From positions 39,060,001 through 39,124,000 of the forward strand of contig OX597827.1 of NCBI GenBank assembly GCA_951406725.2: 64,000 bases of DNA, read 5' to 3'. This DNA is from Octopus vulgaris (taxonomy: Eukaryota). Within the stretch, counting starts at the first letter, position 1, and each line of letters begins with the position of its first letter. The notes beneath the pieces were generated by a model. That model saw only the letters and a list, made by a program, of their open reading frames with translations, ran no database searches and was not told the origin of the DNA. Shown here piece by piece: positions 26,202-40,345 of this stretch. Both the position numbers and the translations under genes were made by a program.

Positions 26202-27216
26202 GTATATATGTGTATATATGTATATATATAATGGGCTTCTTTTAGTTTCAATCTATCAAATTCACTCACAAAGCTTTGGTTAACCCAGAGCTATAGTAGA
26301 AGACAGTTGACTAAGGTGTCTCGCTGAGGAACTGAAGCCAGAACTATGTGGTCAGGAAGCAAACTTCTTGTCTAAATATATTTGGAATTTAAAGAATGAT
26401 AGTATTAAAAATTATAAAAATGGATTGCTCCCTAGTAAAACACAAATCTCTCTAATATAAATGGTACCAGAAGATATGATCTTCATCTCTAAGGTAAGTA
26501 TAACATCCTACTGCAGCCTTTTACAATTTTGAGCAAATGATTAGAATTGGTGAATTCTTGCAAACAATTCCCTCAGTATTTACTGAGGAATTTCCTGATA
26601 TCACCTGACTAAGATTATTTCCTACATAATAGATTTGCCATACCCTAAAAAACAGTTACATCCAGAAAAAAACGATTCAGTTTTCCATCAACACTAAAAC
26701 TGTGTAATCAATGAACATCTTCAATTTTGTGTAATTTTACAAAAGATACAGGAGATATGGAAATATCACATATTTTCGTGTTTTGCATGCAAAGAGACAA
26801 ATGTAATGCATGCTCTGATTGTAACAATTGCAATGCATTGTTTTAACAGCTTTTTTTTTCCCTTGCAAAACCAATCAAATCTTAATGACTAATCAAATTT
26901 CAAAGCATTTATGAATATTTTTGCTTTACATTGTCACACTGCTTCACTTTTTCGTTTCTTCAAATAATCAACAATGTGAAATTCAGAGTAAAATTTCAAA
27001 CAGCTTTAGTTTATATTTTCATGGCCTGATATGTTTTCATGGAAAATTGGGAGCAAATAACTTTGCTTATGTGATGTTGATGCCCATTTACAATTGTCAT
27101 GCACACACACATGGAGAATCCAGGTGGTTCTGACTGCCTAAAAGCTAATTGCAAGCCAGCTAGGTTGAAATTGGAAAGATTCTTTAGATTTTAAAGGATC
27201 ATAAGCCCTAAAATTA

Positions 27217-27620
27217 TTACTCTTTACTTGTTTCAGTCACTTGACTGCAGCCATGCTGGAGCACCGCCTTTAGTAGAGCAAATCGACCCCAGGACTTATT
27301 CTTTGTGAGCATAGTACTTATTCTATCAGTCTCTTATGCTGAACCACTAAGTTATGGGGATGTAAACACACCAGCATCGGTTGTCAAGTGATGTTAGGTG
27401 GACAAATACAGACACACAAACACACACACACACACACACACACATACACATATACATATATACGACGGGCTTCTTTCAGTTTCCATCTACCAAATCCACT
27501 CACAAGGCTTTGGTTGGCCTGAGACTATAGTAGAAGACACTTGCCCAAGGTGTCACGTAGTGGGACTGAAACCGGAACCATGTGGTTGGTAAGCAAGCTA
27601 CTTACCACACCGCTGCTCCT
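27217..27620 (-). mobile_element. Full-length SINE family A
   Basis: Reverse complement of the 24478-24885 element. Confidence 0.85.
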
Positions 27621-28574
27621 ATTCTAGAGTAAGATTCAAATATACATACTCTAGTACCAGATGGATTACTTAACATGCTTTAGGGAATGTTGTATAATTA
27701 AAAAATAAATATACAGAAAATAGTTAAGTGAAGTGAATGTTTAATTTTGGGTTTCATATTAATTTATCAAAAACTGTTGCTCAAATTGATAATTAATCAA
27801 ATTAGTAGCAAATATTTGAAACATGGAAAATAGGTTAAAAGAGAAAGGTTATATTGTCATGTTTTATTGGAATTATAATGATATTTGTTAATTAAAATGC
27901 CATACAATATATAATCTCATGTTATGGACAACTGCTTGTTTGTGTGTGTGTGTGTGTATGTGTGTGATGTTTACAGTCTAATAGCACCAGTTTGTAGACT
28001 GTAAAAATATCACATACACACACATTAACTACACAAATATTATATTTTGATAAAAAAAAATTTTAATAAAATGTGATGATGTAGCCTTATTTTTAAATTT
28101 GTAATAATTAAGCGAATTGTTGGTTTGAATAACTTTTGAGTAATTTTCGATAAATTGTATTTTGATCAGCTGTTTGTTTGATTATCATAATTTAGATAGC
28201 TTGATGTTCAGATCAGTTGACTGTGGGACAGCAAATGGTTTGTAGCATGTAACAAATACAGTACAGATTCTGTGACCAAGACACTTAATTCTAAATAGAC
28301 CAGTTCACTTTATTGTAAACAGATACCGAAATATAGTAAAATTCCTTAAAATAGGTAGCAGTTGTACAATAAAATTCACATGAAATCCAACAGTGGTGTT
28401 TAGCCCCATAGCAGGCCTGATCCAGTAGATATATGATCAAAGACATTATAGCTGTGCCTTTCACATTTTTTATTCTGACATAAGTATTCTTAGGACTGTA
28501 GTAGGTAATATGTCGTTTGTTTATTTTCAAGAATTTAAGGCGTGACTTGTAAGAGATTTGGCTGCTATATTTCT

Positions 28575-30556
28575 ATATGGGATTACAAATTGCACAAATC
28601 AGAGAGCAACAGGAAAAAGCGCAATAGGTCAACCAACCACCTCAGGCAGGTGACAAAAAAGGCAGTGCTTGAATTTGAACAACGCATTGCAGCTAACCCT
28701 GACAGCAAAGGGTTCTGGAAGTATGTGCACTCAAAGCAGAGACCCCACTCTCCTGTTGGTCCCCTTCGCAATCCCCACACAGGACAGATTACTGGCAATC
28801 CCGAAGAATGTGCAGAAATCATTGCTGGATGCTATGCCGGCATCTTTACTGTCGAAGACCAAAATGTTCCATCATCATCACCACTATGCAATTTACACCA
28901 GCAATGCTGCAACGCCACCTTGAGAATAAACGCAATTATGCCTCTCCTGGTTTCGATGGTGTTACATACCAACTTCTCAAACGTGGTGGGTACTTTCTTC
29001 TAAGCCAACTTTCTCTATTCTTCCAATTCTGTCTTGACAATGGTGTTACTCCAGAACAGTGGAAAACTGCCAGTGTCATCCCTCTGTTCAAAAAAGGCGA
29101 CCACACATCGCCTGTCAACTATCGCCCCGTCAGTCTTACCAGCTGCATCACCAAACTGATGGAATCCTGTATCAGAGAAACCCTCTGGAACTTCTGGAAG
29201 TCTCACAGCCTCATCCAGCCGTCACAATTCGGATTTATTCCTAACTCCAGCTGCTGTAATCAACTCATCGAGTTTCTTGAGGATGTTACCCAAATCACTG
29301 ATCGCGGATCCTGGGTGGATGTTGTTTACCTGGACTTTGCTAAGGCTTTTAACTCTGTGCCACACAAAAGACTTATGGTGAAGCTTTCTGCGTTGGGTGT
29401 AAGAGACGAACTCTATAACTGGTTAAAGTCCTTTATTTTCGGCCGAAAAGAGGTTGTCACAGTTCTAGGACAGCACTCTTCGCCCTATGAGATGACATCT
29501 GGTGTGCCGCAGGGATCTGTTCTTGGCCCCCTTTTATTTGTTGCATATGTTAATGACATAGATGCCAACTTAAAGAATGCCACAGTGCTGAAATATGCAG
29601 ATGACATCAAGCTGTACCTCGAAATAAAGAGGTCAAATCCTATACACTATGGATCTCTATTGCAAGCAGACTTGGACACAATGCAGCAGTGGATCATGGA
29701 CTGGCAACTCAAGCTGGCTGTGGACAAATGTACCACCATGCATTTTGGGTGGAGAAACCCAGCGTCCACCTACTCCCTCCACAACACTAGTCTCAAAAAG
29801 TCTTCAAGTGAACGTGACCTGGGTGTTATTGTCGACAGTGATTTGCGTTGGACAAAACACATCGCCAAAATTGTCAAGAAGGCTGAGGGTGTCTTGGCAT
29901 CCCTCACCAAATCCTTTGTGAGCCGCTCTCCGGCTATCTATCTGCGGCTTTATATAGCTATGGTAAAACCTCACCTGGAATTTGCATCACCGGTCTGGAA
30001 CCCCTATCTTGCCCAGGACATCAATCGTCTGGAAGCTGTTCAGCGACATGCAACCAAAAGAATACCCTCCATCAGGCATTTGCCATATCCTGAACGCCTT
30101 ACTTCCCTGGGCATGGACACATTGAAACTCCGACGCCTGGCAGCTGACCTGGCAGACACCCACAGACACCCATAAAATTATCAACCATCGCACAAACAAT
30201 AACACTGAGCACCTCTTCAAACTCCACCCATCTAACACCCGTGGACATATTTACAAAGTAAGAAAACAGCACAGCTCCCATGACTTCAGGAAACATTTTT
30301 TCACGCTGAGAGTTGCTGAAGCGTGGAACAAACTGCCGGCATCGGTTGTTAGTTGTCGGAGCACTGCATCCTTCAAGACTTCCATGCTTCCTGAGATTCG
30401 CCAACACTACACTTGATTTTCTCCCCCCCATACACACACAAGCATGTTCACTTTCCAGACATTTCTACATTACTGCATGTACTTTATATGCACTTTCTGA
30501 CAAGTTGTGGTGCACCTGAGCACTGTATACAATAATTTCATTATTATTATTATTAT
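28575..30556 (+). mobile_element. 5'-truncated CR1-clade LINE with RT domain and (ATT)n tail
   Basis: ORF 28808..30175: NYRPVSLTS, QFGF, VDVVYLDFAKAF, GVPQGSVLGPLLF, YADD, ERDLGV, PHLEFASPVWNPY; a downstream frame reads RKHFFTLRVAEAWNKLP; frameshifts near 28880 and 30160. Confidence 0.95.
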
Positions 30557-31674
30557 ATTGTCAATTAAGTGAATTGTGGCACATTCATGGTTTAACTCTT
30601 GGTCAACTGTGATCTGGTAAATCCTATGATCAACTGCAATTTGGGAATGGATATCCTGTTTTATTTTTATTTTATCAGACTATGTCTAGGGCTTCATTGT
30701 CCATTGCATATGCTCTTTGTTATAACAGTAGGCTGTGATTTTGAGCAGTTTGGTTATTATATTCAGTAGTTTGAGAAAGCACACAGAAAATTTCTTGTTG
30801 GCTTAAGGTTTTATATTCTGAGGCCAGTGAGCTGGTTGTTTTAAATGATTACAGTAGAGATGGTGATGACACTACATGTTGAGTTAAATTCCTGTAATTT
30901 CTAGTTTCCTATCCAAAGAAGAGAATGCCTCATTTGTTTAAACCTTTTGTAGTCATATTTCTAATGAAAAACAGAGCCTTTGTTTCAATTAATTTTGAAA
31001 ATAATAAAGAAATTCATAATATAAATTTGCTATCATTAAGATGTTTTTTTTTAACATAAATTAACATGATAGTTTGACAGAGGGTTTTTTAATTTAGATC
31101 ACTTTGAAACAGAAAGTTTGTATCATAGAACCATGACTATCTCAGGTAGGGTGGTATCTAAAGAGTTAAGATGTTCAGAGAACAGAGACGACCCCATCAA
31201 CTCCCTTCTAATGGTTGAAGGATGCTCTCCAATTCACTATCAAACAACTGTGCACAGCCTTATTATAGTGTTTGTCCTGTATACATGAGTCATATATATA
31301 TATTTCTGTAAAGCTTTAAATAACTCAAATTGAAACAGTTGCTTTTCTGGTGGGGCTTCCACCCCCTACCATATTCTTTAATAACAAATTTATTGGTTCA
31401 ATAATAATTCTTTAAATAAAATTATTATGTAAACAGTCGAGAAAAACAAAAAAAAAGAACAAAGAAAAAAATGTTATGGAGCAGGCAGATGGAAGTAATG
31501 TCACAGCAGTATTTACATGCACAGCATGTTAATTTGAAACTTTATTTTTGTGAGGACTTGAACATATATATATATATATATATATATATACACCCCCCCT
31601 CATCATATATAAATGAAAAAAGAAGAAAAATAATTCAAAACAAACACCCCAAAAATAAATAAATAAATGCACCC

Positions 31675-31886
31675 TTTTAAAGCCTAGTCAGGCTCATTGG
31701 CCCAGTTTCCCGGTTTCAATGGCGTATGTGTTCCCCAGCTAGACAGGACGCCAGTCCATCACAGCGTTACTCATTCTTGCCAGCTGAGTGGCTCAAGAAT
31801 ACAACACGTTGCCCGGTCTAGGAATCGAAACCACAATCTTACGATCATGATGCTGACACCCTAACCACTAAGCCACGCACCTCCAC
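31675..31886 (-). mobile_element. SINE family B copy
   Basis: tRNA-like head gtggaggtgcgtggcttagtggttagg; tail ggactggcgtcctgtc...gaaaccgggaaac. Confidence 0.7.
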
Positions 31887-34800
31887 AAACCCCAAAAAAG
31901 ATTTTCAAAAAAAAGGAAAAGAGATAAACAGGAGTTAGGGAACAGGTGACAGGTTCTTCATAAGAAAAAGAAAAATCAGAACCTCAGGAATATTTACAGG
32001 AAGCTACATTAGTTTTTGTCTGCAAGATTGTATATGAAACTCCTTTTGATATGTTGAGAAAGAGATTGTTGTTGTTGTAGTAGTAATAACAACAAAAGTT
32101 TCTTTATAAATTTTTTAAAAACAATAAGAAATGAACGGAAAATGGAATATTGTATTGTACCAAGAGACCATAAGAAATTTCGGTGAAGTCTTACAAGCGT
32201 GAGAAATGACAGGTGGAATTCTGTTAGATTTTTTTTGAAGGAAAGTTTACTTCTGTCCCTTCTCTTACATAATTAAAAAGAAAAAAAAAAGTAAGTGGGT
32301 TTGAAACAATTTCTTTTGGTTGTCTGAAGAAATTTTCAGATACCAAGATGTCGGCTTGAAAAAAAACAGAACACGAAACCAAGGAAACACACACACACAC
32401 ACTGAATCGGCCATTATTCTCATGTCATTTATATTATATAGACAGAGACAGAAAACTTAAATAGAAAGTAACTTTGCAGATTATTGTTAGTTATTTATTT
32501 CTTCAGTAATCCTTTTGTTACCAATTTTCTGTTGAAATACACTGCTTTTTGTTTCAATTAATTTTGAGAATAATGAAAAATTTTGTAAAATAATTTTTTT
32601 CATTATTAAGTTGGTGCTAGGAGAACATACATCAAGTTGAAATTTTGATGGAAGGTTTCGATTTAAATCATTTTAAATAAGGAAGTATCAAAAACTAGGG
32701 GCAGCTTCCGGTGGGTTGGTATGAAAAAGTTAAAATTAATTAAAATGTCTTTTTCAAAAGGGTTATCATTTTGGGGAGAAATACTGTAACAGAGATATAC
32801 TGTTAATATCATCACTGACTGGAGAGATAGAAAACAGACAGCCTAGTCTATGTATAGGTTGAGAGAATTGCTTCTAACAGACACTATGCCTGAAATTTAG
32901 TAGGAGTGAAGCAGTCAATTATATTGACCTCCATGTAGTTGACTGGTATGGAAGGATGGAAGGTGAAGTTGACCCCAGTAGGGTTTGAGCTTACAAAGTA
33001 AAGAACCAGAGGGGCAACAAATAATAGAAACAAATACAAAACATGGGGTTTGGGCAAATTCAAAAGAAAATACTGAAGTATAACAACAGACATTTTACCA
33101 GGAGAGAATATAAAATCTGAATAGCCTATAACAGAAATAGGGAACCTGTGGCTTTCTGAAGTGTTAAGGACAACCACCTGAAAGAAGTACACATCTGAGG
33201 AAGAAAAATCTTCACATTGTAATATATTTTTGTTTATTTAGTTTTATTTAAAAACATATCTTTTCAGCAAACTGCAAATTCTAGACACATCTATTTATAA
33301 TCTTTTTTCTTTATCTATACTTGTAATAACAATTATGTTTAAAGTATAGAAATCTAAAGAAATTTTCAGAAAAGAGAAAATAAGATATAAATACAAACTT
33401 GTTATCAAGTGCAAGCAGTCATTGAATGATAACAGGAATATGATTAGGAAAACCTGTCTCTCACACCAGTTCACAGTCTCTGCCTTTCTGGTCTCTGAGG
33501 CTGAAGAGGAGATTACCACTCTGAAATGCATACATCCCACAGTCTGGTTAGGGAATGTTGTGAAATGACTTCTTGGTGACAAAATACAGTGAATGGCTTT
33601 CTTACAGGTTTGAATATGCCTCAAGCATATTTGAACTAGTAACAAGTTTGTGTTTATACATGTCACCGCTTAGCACTGACACCCCATACAAAAAGTTATG
33701 ATGGAGAGGGCTTCATCTGAAACTGTTCCATTTTTGTATTTAGGGTTTTTAATGAATATTTTATAAAATAATAGGTTTAGTATAAAAATTCTTTCGAAAT
33801 GCAGCTTTGTCAGATGATAGTTTTAGCTTCAGTGTGGCCTGGTCAAAAGGCAGTTCAATATGGCTTTTCAGTATAAAAGGCCCCCAAATAACAGTAGTAC
33901 ATTCTGAGCTGTTTAGTATCAGGATCTACATGAAGGGTTCCTGATAATCAGAAACAAGGTCAATATACTTTTTTGAGGTGGTGGGCTGGCTGTAGGGTAT
34001 ACAACTAATAAAGTTGATGGATAAAAAAGGAAAACAGACCTTCCTTTTTTACTGCCTCCTCACTAATGGTGATGAGGTCTGAACCTAAAAAGCCAAAGTT
34101 GAATAACTATATTTAGTGCAACCACCAGATGAATTGATGTCCTCTTACTTTAGTCAGTCTCCCATCTCCACCCCCACCCTTTACTGTGAGCTGGAGTGGA
34201 ACTTTAAAAAGGTACAAAACTAAATAACTATATTACATTTAATGCTGTGCTGCACATCCTCACTAGTCACAATCATGACGACCTTCAACTCAGTAATAAA
34301 TGAGCGATCAGGAAAGTCTCTTGTTCAGTGGGGTCCATATAAGATTTTTATTTTTGGTGGTGGGGTCTACACAAGCAAAATAGGTCAATAGGCCCATGAA
34401 AAAATTTTACTTCAGATGTATTTATTGCAAGAAACAGCTAGGTTTCTTTCTCTAATGATTTACATAGCTTAACTTGCTTCCAGCCACTGAAACATGTTCT
34501 GTCAGAGAGTGCTACTGTAAACCTACACAAGTGAAATTTGTGAAAAACAAAATAAGAATTTTGAAAGAAGTATCTATAAAACTAGTTTTTAAACATCGAA
34601 TGATTATGAGGTGTCCACCAAAACAAAATAGTAATCAAAAGGAGCCATAAATAAAAATTATGGTTGAGACCCATTGCTGTAGTTAGTCAATGATTGCTAG
34701 AAATAGCAGCTAAATCCCACTCAAATCACACTCTGCTGTCTTAAAGTAAAAAGGCAGGATGATGAAAGCTAGAATGCTTTGATTACAAACCTAATAAATA

Positions 34801-35586
34801 GCAACTTACTAAAAGTTTTTGATTGAGACAAAAAGTCAGCAATTTTGAAAGAAGTGGTTAGTCAACTCCATCTCCTCCAGAACTTGACTAGTACTTTCCC
34901 AACCCTGAGAGGGATGAAAGGCCAAGTTGACCCTAGTGAGATTTAAACATGGAATGTAAAGAGCTAGGAAATAACACCTTTATAATAATAAAACCAGCGA
35001 TAAATATGATCTACAGTACTTCCTGTTTCCTAATTTATACTATAAATGGTCAAGTTATCCATACAAGATTGTATTCTTAAAGTAACCCTTAGGTAAAAAT
35101 CAGTGTAACAAAGTGTAATGAAGCTGGTTCTTTGAATGACAAGTACTGACCATTCAATACAGCTGCTCATGCAGTTTTCTTCTACTTAATTGAACACACA
35201 CCTTTCTCTTTCATGTTTCAGTCATTGGACTGTGGCCATGCCGGGGATTTGCCATGAAGGCTTTAATTGAACAAATTGGTTCCAGTACATAGTTTTTTTT
35301 TTTTAAATCTGATACATATTCCATTGGTCTATTTTGACGAACAGCTTAGTTACAGGGATGTACACAAATCAACACTGGTTGTCAAGTGGTAGGGGGATAA
35401 ACACAAATGCACAGTATATTTATATAAGTTTGTTTGTTATGACTAATTAGAGAGATCATTGGTTTCAAACCTATAAAACTCTTAGTGAATCCAAAGGTCA
35501 CTTTCTGACCAGCCATAACAAACAACCTAAGTATTTCTGCTCTAAAGTTTTTGAGTGTGCTGCTTTTCAGATCTATGAACTACTGG

Positions 35587-35640
<54 letters not shown>

Positions 35641-35999
35641 TGTGTGTGTGTGTATTCTTTATTAGTGTATTAAGGCTACCATTGAGGTTTTGTGTTAAGA
35701 AAAATATGGAGACAAACACCATTCCTCCATGTCATCGGCTTGCTTGAAAAATTGTTAGCATATTAAGATTTCTTTTTTACATGAAACCAATGATAGCCTC
35801 AATACCCAAATAAAGAATACACACACACACAAATCTATCCACCAATGTGGTGTTGAGCACTTATTCTTGTTGTTCAACATTTATGTATATATATATATAT
35901 AAATAAATATATATATATATATATATATATGCACGCGCACACACATACACAATAGGCTTCACACAGTTTCCATCAACTAAATTTACTCATAAGGTATTT

Positions 36000-36233
36000 A
36001 TTTATTTATTGCCCACTGAGGGCTAAACATAGAGGGGACAAAACAAGAACAGACAAAGGGATGAAGTCGATTACATTGACCCCCAGTGCGTAACTGGTAC
36101 TTATTTAATCGACCCCGAAAGGATGAAAGGCAAAGTCAACCTCGGCAGAATTTGAACTCAGAACATAACAGCAGACGAAATATCGCTAAATATTTCGCCC
36201 GGCGTGCTAATGATTCTGCCAGCTTGCTGCCCT
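36000..36233 (-). mobile_element. Well-preserved SINE family C
   Basis: Minus strand aagggcagcaagctggcagaatcattagcacgccgggcgaaa...ctgagttcaaattctgccgagg...cctttcggggtcg, (AAAT)n tail. Confidence 0.8.
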
Positions 36234-37183
36234 TAATTTACTCATTAAGGTATTGCCATGCCACTGAACCGAAAACTATTTGATTGCCTAGCGAGCTTCT
36301 TAACCGCACAGCCATGTCTGCATCTATACATACATACATATGAAAATATTTCTGGTTTAAAACAATTTTGGGTTTATACAAAATCTGCTTGAATTTCTTT
36401 AGCTTTGGTGCATCTAAAAATCATCAATCAATATGTTTGGTGGCTTAATCTGGCAATTAGTGTTTGTGATATATGCTTGCGTTTGTAATATAATATAATA
36501 TAATATAAACTCTTTTTTAAGAAGTTTGAATGCAAATGAAGCTATAAATAAATGATAGCTCATAAATATCGAGTAAATATACCCATTAACTGGAAGGGGT
36601 GTATTTACCTGATATTTTACAAGCTATTATTTATTTATGGCTTCATTTACATGTGATCTTAAAAAAGAAAAAGAGACATATTTTTAAACTTCTCAATGCT
36701 TCAACAAAATCACATGCGCACACACACACACATACTTGCACATGTACACAAAGATATGGAAGAAAGAGTAGGAAGCAACAGCATTCATGTGTTACCAAGT
36801 GTATTGGCAAAGGGTGGGATGTTCAAAGAGGCACTTAAAATGAAGTTCAGGAATTAAGATTTTAAGAATTTATATACCTGCACTATAACAGTGTCAAAAT
36901 AATAATTTCTAACAGAGGTACACAACCAGAAATTTAGGAAGAGGGGGCAGGTGATTATATTGACCCCAATCAAGTACTTTATTTTTGTTAATCCTCGCCC
37001 TGGAAGAATGAAAGGCAAAGTTGACCTTAGTGGAATTTGAACCAAGAATATGTTGTCTGATGCTAAGGCAGTGAGTCTGCTGACCAAGGTGGCCACCCCT
37101 GGTTCAGAAAAATCAGTAACCCAGAAAGGTTTTGGAACTAAAGCTTCTTGAAGAGTAATATTGTACCTGTACTTATTTTATCA

Positions 37184-37483
37184 TGAAGGCACATGGTCTA
37201 AGGGTTAGAGCAGCAGACTCGCAGTCGAGGGATCGTGGGTTCAAATCTCAGATTGGGCGATATGTGTGTTTATGAGCGAAACACCTAAGCTCCATGCAGC
37301 TCCGCAGAAGGTAATAGTGAACTTCTGCTGACTCTTTCGCCACAACTTTGTCTCACTCTTACCTCCTGCATCTTGCAGCTCACTTGCTATGGACTGGCAT
37401 CCCATCCAGGTAGGGAACCTATACGCCAAGGAAACCGGGAAACCAGCCCTATGAGCCAGGCATGGCTTGAGAAGGAACAAATA
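37184..37483 (+). mobile_element. SINE family B with 13-bp TSD
   Basis: TSD acttattttatca at 37171-37183 and 37484-37496. Confidence 0.85.
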
Positions 37484-38058
37484 ACTTATTTTATCAACCC
37501 TGAAACAAAATATATAAATTACCTTGGTGTAATCTAAAGACAGGAATTTTTCGACCAGGTTTACAAGACAAAATTTGTGTGGGTGGCGTTTGTGATGGTG
37601 TGATTCAGTAAACTGCATGCAGGGCAAAATACTTAGCAGCATTTTGTCTGTCTTTACGTTCTGAGTTCAAATTCTGCCAGGTTGACTTTGCCTTTCATCT
37701 TTTTGGGGGTCGATAAAATAAGTACCAGCCAAGTAATAGGGACCATGTGATCAACTTACTCCCTCCTCTGAAATTTCTGGCCTTGTGACAAAATTTGTGA
37801 AAGTATTTTGTCTAATGCCTTTTTTTTTTTTTTTTTTTTGATTTCTAACACAGACACAAGCTCATGATACAGTTTTAGAAGAGAAGTATATTCAAATTAA
37901 TTGGCCTACAGTAACTTGGTACAACATTGACTCTCAGGGAACCAGTGGTCTGAAACCTCTTACAATCTGCACTAATTTATGAGTAGTAACTTCAAATTCC
38001 TGGTTGTCAGACTAGTATCTTGTACTGTAAAGTGTTAATAAACTTGTATCATTTATAC

Positions 38059-38321
38059 CAGTGGTTCCCAAACCTTTTTGGGCTGCTGGCCCCTAAGCAC
38101 CCAGGCCACATTCCTAGCACCCCACCTAAACAGACCACTTTCTGAAGCAAATTCAAAACAACTGTATTTTCATAAAACTTGGCCTAATTAATCCATTATT
38201 TTGTTGCTCTTACATCTATTGCCCCCTTATTATTGTCCCACTTGTCTTCCACACCTCTTAACCCACCTAGATCTTTCAACTGCCCCAGGGGATACAGTAC
38301 CACCTACTTTGGGAACCACAG
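38059..38321. mobile_element. hAT (Charlie-like) MITE
   Basis: TIRs cagtggttcccaaa / tttgggaaccacag; 8-bp TSD atttatac / acttatac. Confidence 0.8.
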
Positions 38322-38796
38322 ACTTATACCAATGTACAGGTGTCTATATTTCATTTGATTATTTAGGTAAATTTAATATTTGCTTCCTTTCAGGTCTGCT
38401 GACTAAGGTGGCCACCCCTGATTCAGAAAAATCAGTGACCCAGAAAGGCTTTGGAACTAAAGCTTCTGGAAAAGTAATGTACCTGTACTTATTTTATCAA
38501 CCCTGAAACAAAATACATAATTTTCCTTGGTGAAATCTGAAGACAGGATTTTTTCAACCAACTTTGCAAGGCAAAATTTGTGTGGGTGGTGTTTGTGATG
38601 GTGCGATTCAATAAACTGCATTATTTAATCAGATGTTGTTTCCGCCAACTCATTAGCTTTAAATTTAACAATAATAATATATTTTTGTTCTATTATAAGG
38701 TCTAACCATTGGTAATTAAACTCACATATTTCACTACAGATTAAATACAACAAAACATTGTGTCTGCTATTTTACGGATTCTGTCATCCACTACCC

Positions 38797-39195
38797 TCTT
38801 TTACTTGTTTCAGTCATTTGACTGTGGCCATGCTAGAGCACCGCCTTTAGTTGAGTAAATCGATCCCAGGACTTATTCTTTGTAAGCCTAGTACTTATTT
38901 TATCGGTCTCTTTTGCCGAACCGCTAAGTTATGGGGGCGTAAACACACCAGCATCGGTTGTTAAGCGATGTTGGGGGATAAACACAGACACGCAAACATA
39001 TACACACACTCTTATATATACATTTAGACGACGGGCTTCTTTCAGTTTCCATCTACCAAATCCACTCACAAGGCTTTGGTCGGCTCGAAGACACCTATAG
39101 TAGAAGACACCTGCCCAAGGTGCCACGCAGTGGGGCTGAACCCGGAACCATGTGGTTCGTAAGCAAGCTACTTACCACACAGCCACTTCTATGCC
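38797..39195 (-). mobile_element. Full-length SINE family A
   Basis: Homologous to 24478-24885. Confidence 0.85.
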
Positions 39196-39224
39196 TATAA
39201 ACCTAATAATAATAATAATTTTTT

Positions 39225-40345
39225 CTACTATAGGCTCAAGCTTGAAATTTTGGCAAGAGGGAGATAGTCAATAAACATCTATCCCAGTACTCAACCGGTA
39301 CTCATTTCATTGACTCCGAAGGGATTCTGAGTTCAAATTTTGACAGAATTTGAACTCAGAATGTAATGCATTTTGTCTCACATGCTAATGATTCTGCCAG
39401 CTCACCACCTTTAATGGTTTTCAATTTTTGCACAAGGCCAGCAAATGTAAGGGAGGCGTTAAGTTGATTATATCGACCCCAGGACTTGGTTGGTAGTTAT
39501 TTTATTGCCCCCCCCTCCTTCCCCCCATCAAAAGACCAAAGACAAAGTCAACCTTAGTTGAATTTGAACTCAGAAAATAAAGACAGACAAAATGCCACTA
39601 AACATTTTGTCCTGTGTGCTAATGATTCTGTCAGCTTGCTACCTTAATAATAATAATAATAATAAAAATAATATTAATAATAATCCTTTCTATTATAGGC
39701 ACAAGGCCTGAAACTTAGGGGGAAGAGATAAGTTGATTACATCAACCCCAGATTCAACTGGTGCTTTTCTTTTTTTATTGACCCCTGAAAGGATGACAAG
39801 CAAAGTCAATCTCAGCGAAATTTGACCTTAGAACATTAAGACAGATGAAATACTGCTAAGCATTTTGCCCCAAGGGCTAATGATTCTGCTAGCTTGACAC
39901 TTTAATAATAATAATAATATTAATGGTTTTAAATTTTGGTACAAGGCCAGCAATTTTCAGGGTAGTGATAAAGTTGATTACATCAAGCCCAGAGCTCAAC
40001 TGGTACTTATTTTATCAAGCCTAAAAGGATGAAAGTCAAAGTAGACCTTGGCAGGATTTGAACTTGGAACGAAGACGGATGAAATGCTGCTAACCATGTT
40101 GCCTGGCATGTGAACAATTCTGCCAGTTTGCCACCTTAATGATAATAATCTTGGGCGAAATGCTTAGCAGCATTTTGCCTGTCTTTACATTCTGAGTTCA
40201 AATTCTGCTGAGATCAACTTTACTTTTCATCCTTTAAGGGCCGATAAAATAAGTATACCAGTTGATCACTGGGGGTCAATATAATTGAATTCCTCTCATC
40301 CCAGAAATTGCTGGCCTTGTGCCAAAATTTGAAATCATCATTATT
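39225..40345. repeat. Cluster of SINE family C: four head-to-tail minus copies then one plus copy
   Basis: Units of ~200-230 bp, mostly separated by (TAA)n, at ~39225, 39415, 39685, 39925 (minus) and 40150 (plus). Confidence 0.75.

Noticed and set aside
28808-30175. Active or domesticated reverse transcriptase gene
   Set aside because: 5'-truncated, no endonuclease, frameshifted at both ends; an ordinary dead CR1 copy
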